Positions 8,966 to 19,699 are shown, counted from the first letter of the stretch. The stretch is DNA of 38,561 nucleotides from a bacterium (GCA_024278215.1 JAJRTR010000072.1:1-38561), one strand, 5' to 3'. A program made the numbers and translations. The notes: generated by a model from the sequence alone, not told the origin.

Positions 8966-9025
8966 AGTGGCTGAACGAAACCCCGCTCCTGGCGGAATAT
9001 GTAAAAATCGCCCTCTATCTTCGTT
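8966..9025. repeat. Partial copy of palindromic element family D
   Basis: AGTGGCTGAACGAAA.C..GCTCCTG.CGGAATAT....AAA...CCC.CTATCTTCGTT aligns with the start of 19767-19888. Confidence 0.75.
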
Positions 9026-9133
9026 ATCCTCAGTCAACAATGCGCTATATTGCTTCTGCTTCCTATGGAGGTACTCAATTTCGCAGAAAAGACTTTACAC
9101 AACTAGCTCCGACAACATTCTCCGCGCAATAAT

Positions 9134-9271
9134 TAGTGTCGTGTCAATCATTGAGAGTCGGCGAAAACGGTAGAAAACGCCATCTGTCCATGCATGAAAA
9201 TGAGATATTATCATGCGCAAAAGAAAGTATACTTTACACTCAATACATCAATTCAAAGCCGACACGACACT
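9134..9271. mobile_element. MITE-like element family E, second copy with unrelated interior
   Basis: Perfect 11-bp inverted repeat AGTGTCGTGTC / GACACGACACT. Confidence 0.65.
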
Positions 9272-9274
9272 TTT

Positions 9275-9298
9275 CCCATATTTCACCAATGCGGGTTA
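9275..9298. repeat. Solo terminal hairpin of family B overlapping the ACT gene stop codon
   Basis: CCCATATTTCACCAATGCGGGTTA matches the 6590-6612 hairpin. TTA at 9296-9298 is the minus-strand TAA stop. Confidence 0.7.
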
Positions 9299-9727
9299 AA
9301 GCGAATAGAGTTCATCGCCAAGTACGGCAATGTAGTTTTCTTTCAGGACTTCATTTGCTTTTTTGTTGTCGTCGACGCGATATATGATGATGGCGTCTTC
9401 ACCGTGACGGCGCAGATGGGGATAAAGATACTGAACATTGACACCCTCCACGCTGAACGGCTTCAGTACGGAACTGAGTCCGCCGGGATGATCGGGAGTT
9501 ATGACCGCTATTACGTCGACGGCCCACACATGATATTTAGCGCTCTTGAGTACTTGAATTGTTTTCGCCGGGGCGTCTGTTATCAGCCTTACTATCGACC
9601 TGTCGGTGGATTCCGCGAGCGACATAGCCCCGATGTTTATTCCTTCTTTACCCAGCAACTCACTCACTGCGGAGAGTTTGCCCGGTTCATTTTCCAGCAG
9701 TACCGACACCTGTTTAACTGTAGACAT
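9296..9727 (-). CDS. Tandem ACT-domain (amino-acid-binding) protein
   Basis: VKQVSVLLENEPGKL...GINI and second ACT PDHPGGL...VNVQYLY. Confidence 0.88.
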   Translation of the reverse strand: MSTVKQVSVLLENEPGKLSAVSELLGKEGINIGAMSLAESTDRSIVRLITDAPAKTIQVLKSAKYHVWAVDVIAVITPDHPGGLSSVLKPFSVEGVNVQYLYPHLRRHGEDAIIIYRVDDNKKANEVLKENYIAVLGDELYSL

Positions 9728-9960
9728 AATTATTCACCTCTTGATGTTTATATGTGGTTAAAATATCCATGGTTCAACTACTCAATGCACTATTATCATG
9801 TTTGTCTAATGTGCTATCCCCGCAAAAACTGGAACACATTATAACAATCCGCAGCAGGATATAACACCTCCGCAACAAGTTATTCCTGTAATCGACAAAC
9901 AAACCTCATTACCAGCATTTCAGTTTCTCATGCTGATCGGTCAGTAATTCATCGCTTATT

Positions 9961-11292
9961 TCATACCTTTTTCACGAGTCGTTTCGGCATAACATCTTTT
10001 GCATAAAGGTCTTCGATGGTTTCCCTTTCAACAATGATGTCGGATTTTCCGTTGTTCACGAGGACAACAGCCGGTCGCGGGAACTTGTTGTAGTTGCCAG
10101 CCATCGAATAGTTGTATGCGCCGGTCGAGAACACAGCCATTATGTCGCCGGGCTTCGGGTCGGCCAGAGCTATCTCTTTTATAAGCGTATCCGTCTCACA
10201 GTGGCGACCACTGACACGGTATTTTTTCAAACCCCTTTTCGTGTCTGCCCGGCCCGCGATAACGGCTTCATATTCAGCGTCGTAAAGCGCGGGGCGGGGG
10301 TTGTCCGACAGGCCGCCGTCTACCGAAACGTATGTCCTGACACCCGGAATCTCTTTCACCGGGCCGACTGTGTATAGTGTTATTCCGGCGGGTCCTACCA
10401 CCGAGCGACCGGGTTCGAGATACAGGTGCGGAAGCGGCAGTCCGGCTGCCTTCATCTCTTTTTTAAGTGTGCCGCATATCGCCGCCGCGAATTTGTCGGG
10501 AGCAGGCAGCGCCTGCTTCGATGTATACCGTACGGGGTATCCGCCGCCGACGTCGAGGTCTCTTATTTCCACTCCGTATTTTTCTACGACTTCCGCAATA
10601 AGTCCGGCAACCCTGCGAACTGAAACCCTGAACGGCTCGACATCGAGAATCTGCGAACCGATGTGATAGTGCAGTCCTGTAAAATCCAGTCCTTTCATCT
10701 TCGACACGGCCCCGACTATTTCCGACGCCGCGCCGCCCTCAATGGGAACTCCGAACTTTGTGTCCAGTTTGCCTGTCTGTATCATCTCGTGTGTGTGGGC
10801 TTCGACACCGGGTGTAACCCTGATTATTACACGCGCCTTCGTTTTCATTCCGCGCGCCACCCTGTCCAGCGTTTTCGCCTCCAGCAGTGAATCGACAACG
10901 ACTGTGCCTATGCCCCATTTGAGAGCCTGCGCCAGTTCTTCCTCTTTCTTATAGCTCCCGTGCAAAAACATCATGGATGTGTCGGCACCCGCTTTTATTC
11001 CACCGTACATTTCTCCCGTGCTCGCCACATCAAGTCCGAATCCCTCATCCGATACTATTCCGGATACGGCGATTGTTGTAAGTGCCTTGCACGCCAGCAG
11101 TACGGTCACATTATCATATCGTTGCTCGAACGCGGTTCTGTATTCGCGGCACCGGTTCCGCAGTGTCGTCTCGTCGATAACGTACAGTGGAGTGCCGTAT
11201 TCTTTCGCAAGTTTCGTAACATCCGCACCGCCAAAATACAGCTTTCCTCTTTTGACACCGGTTCCGGGATACCTGTCTATTCTGATCGCCAT
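9961..11292 (-). CDS. lysA: Diaminopimelate decarboxylase
   Basis: YGTPLYVID, PLP lysine ACKAL, HYHIGSQI, EPGRS, HCETD, GAYNYSM. Confidence 0.95.
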   Translation of the reverse strand: MAIRIDRYPGTGVKRGKLYFGGADVTKLAKEYGTPLYVIDETTLRNRCREYRTAFEQRYDNVTVLLACKALTTIAVSGIVSDEGFGLDVASTGEMYGGIKAGADTSMMFLHGSYKKEEELAQALKWGIGTVVVDSLLEAKTLDRVARGMKTKARVIIRVTPGVEAHTHEMIQTGKLDTKFGVPIEGGAASEIVGAVSKMKGLDFTGLHYHIGSQILDVEPFRVSVRRVAGLIAEVVEKYGVEIRDLDVGGGYPVRYTSKQALPAPDKFAAAICGTLKKEMKAAGLPLPHLYLEPGRSVVGPAGITLYTVGPVKEIPGVRTYVSVDGGLSDNPRPALYDAEYEAVIAGRADTKRGLKKYRVSGRHCETDTLIKEIALADPKPGDIMAVFSTGAYNYSMAGNYNKFPRPAVVLVNNGKSDIIVERETIEDLYAKDVMPKRLVKKV

Positions 11293-12345
11293 TTATTTTT
11301 TCCTTTCGTTCCGATCCTCGATAATAATGATCGTGCCGCCTAGCAGATCGTGAAAACCTCTCTTGTATTTTCCGATAAAAGTTATCAGAATTCCCAGTGA
11401 AAACACAAGAGCTATCATTATAGCCGCCATTGCCATAGCCAGCGCGTAATATATCGAAATCCTGCCGCGCAGCAACTCCAGCGTCCTGAAAATATTCTTC
11501 GCGAACCAGAATCCCGTAACTGTCCAGACGATGCCCGTAAGTAATCCCGTCCAGCGCCACAGTGAAGCGAAAAACGTGATCCTTCCGCCCGTGACATTCG
11601 ATACAACCTTAATCCTGAAAGGATATTTTCCCAGCGTTTTTCCATATTTCCAGTGAGAAAACACAAAATACAGGCTGCCTGTAAAGAGAGCGCAAAGATA
11701 AAAGCTGAGCGAAAAACCCATTCCTTTCACTTCTATGAAGAGCGGTACTGTGACAACACTCACCAGCCACGAGAAAGGAAGTGAGATAATAAAAACAAGA
11801 GTGAAATCAATTATTCGCGCGATAATCCGTCGTATTTCTTTGCTGCCCCCCCCTGTCAAACGGGCGGACGCGCCTCGGAAAGCGGATTTTGCAGAAAAGG
11901 TTTTCTTTTTGACATCTTCATTATCAGTTTTATTTTTTTTATTATCGCCACGCTCTTTTTCGACATTGAGTTTCGGCGTCATCCCGCCGGTATCTCTTTT
12001 GTCTTCCGCTATTTTCTTTATCGTTCCTTTCGAGCCGGTTTCGCGCGCGACGCCGGTCGCTTTTTTCGCAGGCATGTCTTGTTTCCGACCGCTGCCGGTT
12101 GTTTCCCGTGCATCATGAGACTTTTGGGTCGGAACTGCCTTTGGCGCTGTCTCCGCCCCTGCATTCACGGTGCTGAAACAACTGTCGCACAGAGGTCTTC
12201 CATGCTTTTGCGCACACTCGCTGCAAAGCGGTTTTCCGCAACCTACACAGAATCCAGCGCATTCTTTATCAGGGTGATTTATGCACTTGGGTCTCATGCT
12301 TTCAGACTGCTCACCAGGCATCTTGACAACAGAAATAACCTTCAC
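11293..12345 (-). CDS. RDD-family membrane protein with N-terminal Cys/His zinc-finger and low-complexity linker
   Basis: CINHP...C..CGKPLC.EC...LC..C at the N-terminus. RDD hallmarks RRIIARIIDF, GKTLGK, RGFHDLLGGT. The start may be the internal ATG (MRPKC). Confidence 0.8.
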   Translation of the reverse strand: MKVISVVKMPGEQSESMRPKCINHPDKECAGFCVGCGKPLCSECAQKHGRPLCDSCFSTVNAGAETAPKAVPTQKSHDARETTGSGRKQDMPAKKATGVARETGSKGTIKKIAEDKRDTGGMTPKLNVEKERGDNKKNKTDNEDVKKKTFSAKSAFRGASARLTGGGSKEIRRIIARIIDFTLVFIISLPFSWLVSVVTVPLFIEVKGMGFSLSFYLCALFTGSLYFVFSHWKYGKTLGKYPFRIKVVSNVTGGRITFFASLWRWTGLLTGIVWTVTGFWFAKNIFRTLELLRGRISIYYALAMAMAAIMIALVFSLGILITFIGKYKRGFHDLLGGTIIIIEDRNERKK

Positions 12346-12962
12346 CTGTTGATCGTCGCTTCCACTCCATTCGTCAAATATAAAATCTTATCCCTGTTAC
12401 TGATCTTAACCATTCCGGCGGTAACAACAGCGTTTGGTGACTTCAGCTTCACATCTTCCGCTGTCAGCAGGTCGGATTCCTCGCCCCACTTCATATTATC
12501 CGCAACCAAATGAATCTCTTCCGGATAAAGCGTACCGGTTATCGTGCCGGAAATAACAACCGATTTTGTGCTGTCGTCATAAAGAGTAACAGGCGCGTCG
12601 AATTCGAATATTTCTTCCGGATCGTCGGGATTTCTGTAGAAAGTACCTTTCGAATTCAGAAATTTCGCTACCGTGCCACCTGTATTCGTCTCAAGTTTCT
12701 CCGAAACGATATTCAGCACTACACGACCTTCATCAAGAAAGGAAATTTCGGGCTGCCTGACATTTACTTCAGGTGGAGCATTCCTGTCCTTTCCCCGTTC
12801 CGCCTTTTTGAGTTCTTCCACATTTTTCTTAAATTCTATCGCACCCTCGTCAGGCACTTTGAAAACATAATAATAAGTCGCCCAGATTATTGCTATCACC
12901 ATAGCAGGCAACAATATATAATAAAATATTCTCTGAAATAATACCTGTATAGACATCAGCAT
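12342..12962 (-). CDS. LptC-like (beta-jellyroll) membrane-anchored protein
   Basis: Single N-terminal TM helix followed by beta-rich repeats ending ...ILYLTNGVEATI, the LptC/OstA pattern. Confidence 0.5.
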   Translation of the reverse strand: MLMSIQVLFQRIFYYILLPAMVIAIIWATYYYVFKVPDEGAIEFKKNVEELKKAERGKDRNAPPEVNVRQPEISFLDEGRVVLNIVSEKLETNTGGTVAKFLNSKGTFYRNPDDPEEIFEFDAPVTLYDDSTKSVVISGTITGTLYPEEIHLVADNMKWGEESDLLTAEDVKLKSPNAVVTAGMVKISNRDKILYLTNGVEATINR

Positions 12963-13121
12963 AGAATCCTGATTTCCGGCATCTCCAGTCGATTACGCCG
13001 ATTCGTTCAATTCATTATCATTATAACAGCGAAAGCGATTGTTGTATAAAACAATACCGTTCACTTAAAAAACAGGTTTGAATCGGGAGCGCTTTGTGCC
13101 TGTAAACAAACGGTATTGTGT

Positions 13122-13832
13122 TTAAATATCACTGTGCCGTTTCCTGATTTTTACAGCCTCGGCAAGCCCCGAAACAAGCGTTATGAACCTGAGTTTGCTT
13201 GCGCCCGCCCTTCTCTCTTCAAAAATAAAAGGTATTTCCGTGACGGTCGCGCCTTTCCTCGACGCAATGTACAGAACCTCCTGCACAACCGACGGGCCGC
13301 TTGCTTTCACTCTATCCCACGGAATTGTTTTTATTAAATCGTTTCGGAAGCCCCTGTAGCCTGTGGTGCAATCCTTAACATCCAGTTCGAGAACCGTTCT
13401 TAAATACAGATTCGCGGCTATTGTGATCAGCCTTCGCACTATTCCCCTGCCCTTTTCACCGCCGCCTGGTATCAGCCTCGAACAGATAACGACATCCATG
13501 CTTTCAAGTTCTTTTATTATGTTGCCTATATATGCGGGATCATGCGAACCATCGGCGTCCATCTCAACAACATAAACGTAATCTCTCGCGGCGGCCCATT
13601 TGAAACCGGCGACCCCCGCATATCCACGGCCACGATTTTCTTTCCTTACAATAATATGAACTCTCGGGTTGTCGCCATACTTTTTCGTCACTATATCCGC
13701 CGTACCGTCCGGCGACGAATCGTCTACTACAAGCGCTTCGACACGCTCGTCACCCGCAAGCACACCATCAAGTATGTATTCGATATTTTCGCACTCATTA
13801 TATGTCGGAAGTATTACTATCGTGTCGCCCAC
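13122..13832 (-). CDS. Polyprenol-phosphate mannosyltransferase-like GT2 glycosyltransferase
   Basis: VILPTYNE, VVDDSSPDGT, EMDADGSH, DCTTGYR, F.ERRAGASK. Confidence 0.9.
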   Translation of the reverse strand: MGDTIVILPTYNECENIEYILDGVLAGDERVEALVVDDSSPDGTADIVTKKYGDNPRVHIIVRKENRGRGYAGVAGFKWAAARDYVYVVEMDADGSHDPAYIGNIIKELESMDVVICSRLIPGGGEKGRGIVRRLITIAANLYLRTVLELDVKDCTTGYRGFRNDLIKTIPWDRVKASGPSVVQEVLYIASRKGATVTEIPFIFEERRAGASKLRFITLVSGLAEAVKIRKRHSDI

Positions 13833-13987
13833 AAGTTGCTCCGTAATATCGTACTTACTGAACTTGTGCGAATTCAGATGTGTTGTAAGAATTTCGGGGA
13901 AATGACTGGAGTTTGCTCATTAATTCCGGATCGTGCCCCCATAAATTCTACTACTGTCACGTCAGGTTTGTAATGTCGCAAGAAGGT

Positions 13988-14083
13988 GTAGGGCGGGATC
14001 ACCGTACCCCGCCTGAACATATTTCTCGCGAAAACGGTTTGTACAGGCACAAGTTGAGGCGGAGTACTGTGACCCCGCCCTGC
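13988..14083. repeat. GTAG-type REP doublet (REPIN-like)
   Basis: GTAG-GGCGGG-ATCACCGTAC-CCCGCC, a spacer, then the inverted partner GGCGGAGTACTGTGACCCCGCCCTGC. Second copy at 7864-7959. Confidence 0.85.
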
Positions 14084-14186
14084 ATTTTTATAGTTTTTAC
14101 ACTACCCTATCTTACATCTTTTCTTTGTTGACATGGCAATTCCTTTTATAAAAACGCACAAGCTAAGTTACTCACAAAGATGTAAA

Positions 14187-15326
14187 TTACGAAAGTTTCA
14201 TCCCTGCCTCAATCAGCGCCGCCGTACGCGCCGCCGCACGTGCCGTCAGCCCGACACTGTCCGCGACAGCGTTTTCAACACGCATAGGCCTGTCGACGAC
14301 AGGAATAACCGCCGTAAAACCCGCGCGCTTCAGCCCGCTCTCGTCTTCGAGTCCACCGCAGAATGCGATAATCGGTATCCCTCGTTTTTTTGCAAGCCTC
14401 AGAACACCAAAAGGCGCTTTGCCCTGCGCGGACTGCGAATCCATGCGGCCTTCGCCAGTCACCGCAAGGTCCGCGCCCTTCATCTTTTCGGCCATTTTCG
14501 TCGCATCGAGCATCAGGTCTATACCCGGTTCGAGCCGCGCACCGAGGAATACCACGAGTCCGTAGCCTGTTCCGCCCGCTGCACCTGCACCGGGGAAACT
14601 ACTTGATTTTTTACCGAGATCGCGCTCGACGACCGACGCGAGGTTGGCAAGTCCCTTCTCCAGTTGTTTCACCTGCGCGTCCGACGCGCCCTTTTGCGGC
14701 GCATATACCGCCGCAGCCCCACTTGGGCCAAGCAACGGGTTCACGACATCAGACGCGACCAGCAGTTCCGCGCTCTTTATGCCGGAATAGATATTCGATG
14801 AATCTATACTTTTTATACTTTGCAGATTCCCGCCACATGGTTCTATCTCCCTGCCACCGTCGCCGATGAACCTGTAACCCAGCGCGGTCGCCATTCCGGT
14901 GCCGCCATCATTTGTGGCGCTGCCTCCGATCCCGATTATCACCTTTCGCACGCCTCTCTCCAGCGCGTCGCGAATAAGCATACCTGTGCCGTATGTTGTG
15001 GCCTTCATAACATCGCGTTCGTGACGACCGAGCATCGCAAGCCCCGACGCTTTCGCCATTTCCACGACAGCCGTCTTCCCGTTGTCGATGATCAGATACT
15101 CGGATTTACACCTGCGCCCGAGTGCGTCAATCACAAACATATTCACCCGCTCGCAATCCACCGAAAATGCCACTGCATCGAGAGTACCGTCGCCGCCGTC
15201 TGCGATCGGCACTTTCACGACTTCCGCCGTTTTCCATACGGAAAGGAATCCTTCTTCAATCGCGGCGGCGGCTTCCAGCGAAGTCATGCTTCCTTTGAAC
15301 GGGTTACATGCGATGATGATTTTCAT
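14187..15326 (-). CDS. glxK: Glycerate kinase (GlxK/GarK family)
   Basis: MKIIIACNPFKGS, PIADGGDGT, GIGGSATNDGG, GAGAAGG, TGEGRMD.QS..GK. Confidence 0.92.
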   Translation of the reverse strand: MKIIIACNPFKGSMTSLEAAAAIEEGFLSVWKTAEVVKVPIADGGDGTLDAVAFSVDCERVNMFVIDALGRRCKSEYLIIDNGKTAVVEMAKASGLAMLGRHERDVMKATTYGTGMLIRDALERGVRKVIIGIGGSATNDGGTGMATALGYRFIGDGGREIEPCGGNLQSIKSIDSSNIYSGIKSAELLVASDVVNPLLGPSGAAAVYAPQKGASDAQVKQLEKGLANLASVVERDLGKKSSSFPGAGAAGGTGYGLVVFLGARLEPGIDLMLDATKMAEKMKGADLAVTGEGRMDSQSAQGKAPFGVLRLAKKRGIPIIAFCGGLEDESGLKRAGFTAVIPVVDRPMRVENAVADSVGLTARAAARTAALIEAGMKLS

Positions 15327-15371
15327 TACTTTTCTCCGGCAGACGTTCTAAAGCAGACGACAATAAGCAAC

Positions 15372-16673
15372 TTAAAGATTAAACCTGAGAATAAACTGGA
15401 CTGTCTGGTACATAATAGCGAGGTCGAGGAGAGGCGAATAATTGTAAATGTAAAGCAGGTCGTACATGAGTTTTATAGACGGGTCGGACTCATAATCGCC
15501 GTTGACCTGGGCGTGGCCCGTGATGCCGGGTAGCACCTTCTTCCTTTCGGAATATCCGGGATGAGTACGCTCGAACTGTTCGACGAAAACGGGTCTTTCC
15601 GGCCGCGGCCCTACAAGGCTCATTTCACCTTTGAGCACATTTATCAGTTGCGGAAGCTCGTCGAGCTTATATCGGCGCATAAAGTCGCCGATGGATGTGA
15701 CGCGCGGATCGTTTTCCGTCGACAGCATGGGTCCTGTTCTCTTTTCGGCATCCTTGATCATTGTGCGAAATTTGATGATATTAAATATCCGTCCGTTGCA
15801 TCCCACTCTCGGCTGAGTGTAAAAGACAGGCCCGGGCGACGTCGCTTTCACAGCAATCACCAACACGACAAGCAGGGGCGACAATATGACCAGCACAAGT
15901 GCTGAAATCGTGAAGTCCATAAGGCGTTTCATGAGAAACAACCGCCCGATGATGGTCTTGTGCGAAAGAGAAATGAGGGGAATATCTCCAAGAACGATAT
16001 GGTGTTTCGCGCCGGTGACAATGTGCGAAAGCTTGGGCATCAACAGAAGTATAACATCGGGATACTTGAGAAAAAGATCGAAAGCACGGTCCTGCGCGTT
16101 TGCCACTCCATCGGTGATAAGCACGCAATCCGCTTCCTTTTGCTTTAAAATACGATTCAGTTCGCTTTCATTTTCTTCCGGTATTGTCGCAGTCGGTTTA
16201 TATTGTTGTGTCTCACTGTTCATATACTTTTCGATATGGTCGAAACGCTCGGGACGTCCGTATATTACCGTTCTACGAACAGGAAGCCCCCTGAGAAAGC
16301 GCAGGTGTACAAAGATACGCCAGAGGCTGAACAGCAACAACATCAGCAGGTAACTGAGTAAAATTACTGTGCGCGGAAACGCGAATTCGCGAATAAAAAA
16401 TGTCAGTGCCATTACACCGACTATGCAAAGTCCGACCGAGGAAAATACTTTAAAGAATATTGATATGGTGTCATCTGTTTCATCAAAATCATACAGGCCC
16501 TGGATGTAGCAGATAACAATGAAAATAATGGTAATGTAGATAGTCGAATTAAGATAAGCATTCAGGTTGCGCTGCGGGACGCCGTGGTAGAACCTGATGG
16601 AAAAGACCGCGATGAAGCACAGGTTCAGAAGTATCGCGTCACAAATGAGGACAAATGTCGGTTTTTTCAGCAT
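15372..16673 (-). CDS. Polyprenyl glycosylphosphotransferase (WcaJ/CpsE-like sugar transferase)
   Basis: Four N-terminal TMs, then [44 protein letters not shown]. Confidence 0.92.
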   Translation of the reverse strand: MLKKPTFVLICDAILLNLCFIAVFSIRFYHGVPQRNLNAYLNSTIYITIIFIVICYIQGLYDFDETDDTISIFFKVFSSVGLCIVGVMALTFFIREFAFPRTVILLSYLLMLLLFSLWRIFVHLRFLRGLPVRRTVIYGRPERFDHIEKYMNSETQQYKPTATIPEENESELNRILKQKEADCVLITDGVANAQDRAFDLFLKYPDVILLLMPKLSHIVTGAKHHIVLGDIPLISLSHKTIIGRLFLMKRLMDFTISALVLVILSPLLVVLVIAVKATSPGPVFYTQPRVGCNGRIFNIIKFRTMIKDAEKRTGPMLSTENDPRVTSIGDFMRRYKLDELPQLINVLKGEMSLVGPRPERPVFVEQFERTHPGYSERKKVLPGITGHAQVNGDYESDPSIKLMYDLLYIYNYSPLLDLAIMYQTVQFILRFNL

Positions 16674-16739
16674 AACTTCGATTTCTGCTCAATCCATATC
16701 CCGCTTGCAAGTCGTTACCGCCGGACTATATATGAAGAA

Positions 16740-18401
16740 TTACAACCACTTATTCGTTATCGGCATTCTCCTGCCGGAGCCGAAAGATTTACGTTTTATC
16801 TTTATGCCCTGCGGCATCTGGCCGCGCTTGAATTCCGCGATCTTGTACATGCGCACTACCCTTTTCACTGTCCCGGCGTCGTGTCCCCTGCGTATAATCT
16901 CCTCCGGGTTGCGCCGCTCTTCGACGAGTAATTTAAGTATCGGGTCGAGGTCCTCATACTCGGGCAGTGAGTCCGAATCCTTCTGTCCCGGCGCGAGTTC
17001 GGCGGACGGCGGTTTTGTAATTATGTTTCTCGGGATAATTTCTTCGTCCCTGTTGATATACCTCAACACATCGTAAAGTTCGGTCTTGAAAAGGTCGCCC
17101 GGAACATTCTTTCCGCCCGCGCCGTCACCGTACAGTGTCCAGTAGCCGACAGACAATTCCGATTTATTACCTGTCGTGCAGACAAGTTTCTTATACTTCA
17201 TCGAGATTTTCATCAGTATCTGCATTCGGCATCTCGCCTGCTCGTTTTCCTCGGCGACGCCGAACTCCGTTTTTCCGAAAGCTTCTTCGAATGTTTCGAG
17301 CCCTGCGTTATATATCTTCTCTATCGGGATCACATGGTGCTCGACGCCAAGGTTTTCCGCGAGTTGCGCGGCATCGGATTTGCTGTGGTCCGACGAGTAC
17401 ATGGACGGCATCGAGACGCTGACAACATTTTCAGGGCCGACAGCGAGGGACGCGATATAGACGGTGTAGGCTGAATCCGCGCCACCGCTCGAACCGACGA
17501 CAACACCGTCAAAAAAGCCGCCCTTTTCGATGTAATCTCGCAGGTTCAGGACATGCGCCCTTATGATCTCTTCTTCGGTGCAAAGATCAGCATCGACACC
17601 GGTGGGCGCGCCCTCCCGGTTATTGTCGAATTCCGCATAAGCGAGGTCGGCGGCGAATGCTGCGCCTCTTGCGACCATCACTCCTTTCGCGTCGACGGCG
17701 AAACTCCGCCCGTCGAACACAAGCTCGTCCTGGCCGCCCGCCATGTTTACATAGACAAGCGGCACGCCATGTTTGTTCACCGCATCGACGGCGAGCGTCT
17801 CTCTTTTCTTGTTTTTACCGATAAAAAACGGTGAAGATGAGAGGTTGACGATCAACTGTGCACCTTTTTCAACAAGCCGTCCGGTCACATCATAACCGTA
17901 GTACTCGCTCCATAAGTCCTCGCATATCTCGACACCAAGCTTGAGCGTTCTCCCACCGGCAGTCACTTCCACCGGCGCAATATCTTCTTTCTCCCCCGGT
18001 CGGAAATATCTTTTTTCATCAAAAACATCGTAACCCGGCAGCAGTGTTTTCCAGACTTTTCGTACAATCTTTCCGCCACACAAAACAGCCGCACAGTTGC
18101 CACGCCAGGGCGTACCTTCTTCGTCGAGGCGGTCTTCGTCGGGTATGTCTATAAATCCGACAACCGCAACGATACCTTTCGCGGCGGGTGCCGCCATCTC
18201 CTCGAGCACAGCTATGTTTTCCGCGACAAAACCCTCTTCGTACAGCAGATCATAAGTCGGGTATCCGGTGATAGCCATTTCAGGAAACACGATTATGTCC
18301 GCGCCCGCTTCCGCGGCAGTTTTTATATTCCGGACAATCTTCGCGCCGTTTTCCCTGAGCGCCCCGACAGTCGGGTTCATCTGCGCCATCGCCACTTTCA
18401 T
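16740..18401 (-). CDS. nadE: Glutamine-dependent NAD+ synthetase
   Basis: Nitrilase domain (FPEMAITGY, FDEKRYF, EICED) fused to a synthetase domain (SGGADS, TGNKSE, PPSAELAPGQ.D, EFKR.Q). Confidence 0.95.
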   Translation of the reverse strand: MKVAMAQMNPTVGALRENGAKIVRNIKTAAEAGADIIVFPEMAITGYPTYDLLYEEGFVAENIAVLEEMAAPAAKGIVAVVGFIDIPDEDRLDEEGTPWRGNCAAVLCGGKIVRKVWKTLLPGYDVFDEKRYFRPGEKEDIAPVEVTAGGRTLKLGVEICEDLWSEYYGYDVTGRLVEKGAQLIVNLSSSPFFIGKNKKRETLAVDAVNKHGVPLVYVNMAGGQDELVFDGRSFAVDAKGVMVARGAAFAADLAYAEFDNNREGAPTGVDADLCTEEEIIRAHVLNLRDYIEKGGFFDGVVVGSSGGADSAYTVYIASLAVGPENVVSVSMPSMYSSDHSKSDAAQLAENLGVEHHVIPIEKIYNAGLETFEEAFGKTEFGVAEENEQARCRMQILMKISMKYKKLVCTTGNKSELSVGYWTLYGDGAGGKNVPGDLFKTELYDVLRYINRDEEIIPRNIITKPPSAELAPGQKDSDSLPEYEDLDPILKLLVEERRNPEEIIRRGHDAGTVKRVVRMYKIAEFKRGQMPQGIKIKRKSFGSGRRMPITNKWL

Positions 18402-18517
18402 TTCTCAAATCTCCCTGTCCACATAATTAATATCATCGTATCAGTGCCGAACTTGTGTGTTTCTGAAAAAGGAAACCTGATTTCGACAGGCAATGTGAGA
18501 GCGCGCCGGAATCGGAC

Positions 18518-19699
18518 CTACCTGATCAGATGTTCTGGTGTGATAGGCGACATATTCCTGAATTTCTGTACAATAGCAGGCAACAGTTCGATCACCCTCT
18601 CGACATGCTCCGGCTCGTTGCAGCGGCCAAGCGACAGGCGCAGAGAACCATTGGCGTCCGACATCGACCTGCCGACAGCCATGAGCACATGCGAAGGACC
18701 GGCGGTGCCCGAAACACAGGCTGACGCGGTCGAACCGACCACACCCGCGAGGTCAAGCGCAAGCAACACGGATTCACCTTCGACATATCTTATGCAAATA
18801 CTCATATTATTGGGAAGCCGCCTCTCGCGATGCCCGTTTACGACCAGCTCCGGAATCGCATCGAGGATACCGTCGAAAAGTCTGTCCCGCATCGGCGTCA
18901 GCTTCGCAATTCGATCCGCGCCTCTTTCTTTCGTGAGTTCCGCCGCCCTGCCGAAACCCGCGATGCACGGTACATTCTCCGTGCCGGGCCGACGCTCCGA
19001 TTCCTGCGCACCGCCGTAAAACATCGGTTCAATCCGAGTGCCCCTTCTCATATAGAGCGCGCCGATGCCCTTGGGACCATACATTTTATGCGCTGTAAAA
19101 CTTACCAGATCAAGATTCAGCGCGTCGACGTCGACGTCTATTGCGCCTACAGTCTGCGCGGCGTCGGAGTGGAAAAGAACATCGGCCTCCCGCGTAATCT
19201 TTCCAATCTCTGATAGTGGTTCGACCGTGCCGATTTCATTATTTGCGTGCATTATCGAAACGAGCACCGTGTCGGCGCGCAACGCCTTTCTGACATCGTC
19301 CGGATCGACAATGCCGTCGCCGTCCACAGGCAGTTCCGTTACATCCCAGCCGAGTTCCTGCAGTCGACGGCACGCCATAAGCACCGCATGGTGCTCGATG
19401 GAACTTGTAATGATATGCCTGCCCTTCGACTCATGCGCCCGTGCGATGCCGAACACAGCCCAGTTGGCCGATTCCGTGCCGCCGCTTGTGAAATAGACCT
19501 CCTCGGGGCGGGCTCCGATCAGGTCTGCAACCCGCTGCCGCCCGGTCGCTACCGCATACTTCGCTTCCTGCCCCATACCGGAAAGACTCATCGCACTCGC
19601 GAATTTCACATCCAGATACGGTTCCATAGCTTCCTTCACTTCAGGGTGAAGCGGAGTCGCCGCCGCATGATCCATATAAATTATTTCATCTTTGCTCAT
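18518..19699 (-). CDS. iscS: Cysteine desulfurase (IscS/NifS group I)
   Basis: YMDHAAATP, FTSGGTES, IEHHAV, HKMYGPKGIG, STASAC with catalytic Cys. Confidence 0.9.
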   Translation of the reverse strand: MSKDEIIYMDHAAATPLHPEVKEAMEPYLDVKFASAMSLSGMGQEAKYAVATGRQRVADLIGARPEEVYFTSGGTESANWAVFGIARAHESKGRHIITSSIEHHAVLMACRRLQELGWDVTELPVDGDGIVDPDDVRKALRADTVLVSIMHANNEIGTVEPLSEIGKITREADVLFHSDAAQTVGAIDVDVDALNLDLVSFTAHKMYGPKGIGALYMRRGTRIEPMFYGGAQESERRPGTENVPCIAGFGRAAELTKERGADRIAKLTPMRDRLFDGILDAIPELVVNGHRERRLPNNMSICIRYVEGESVLLALDLAGVVGSTASACVSGTAGPSHVLMAVGRSMSDANGSLRLSLGRCNEPEHVERVIELLPAIVQKFRNMSPITPEHLIR

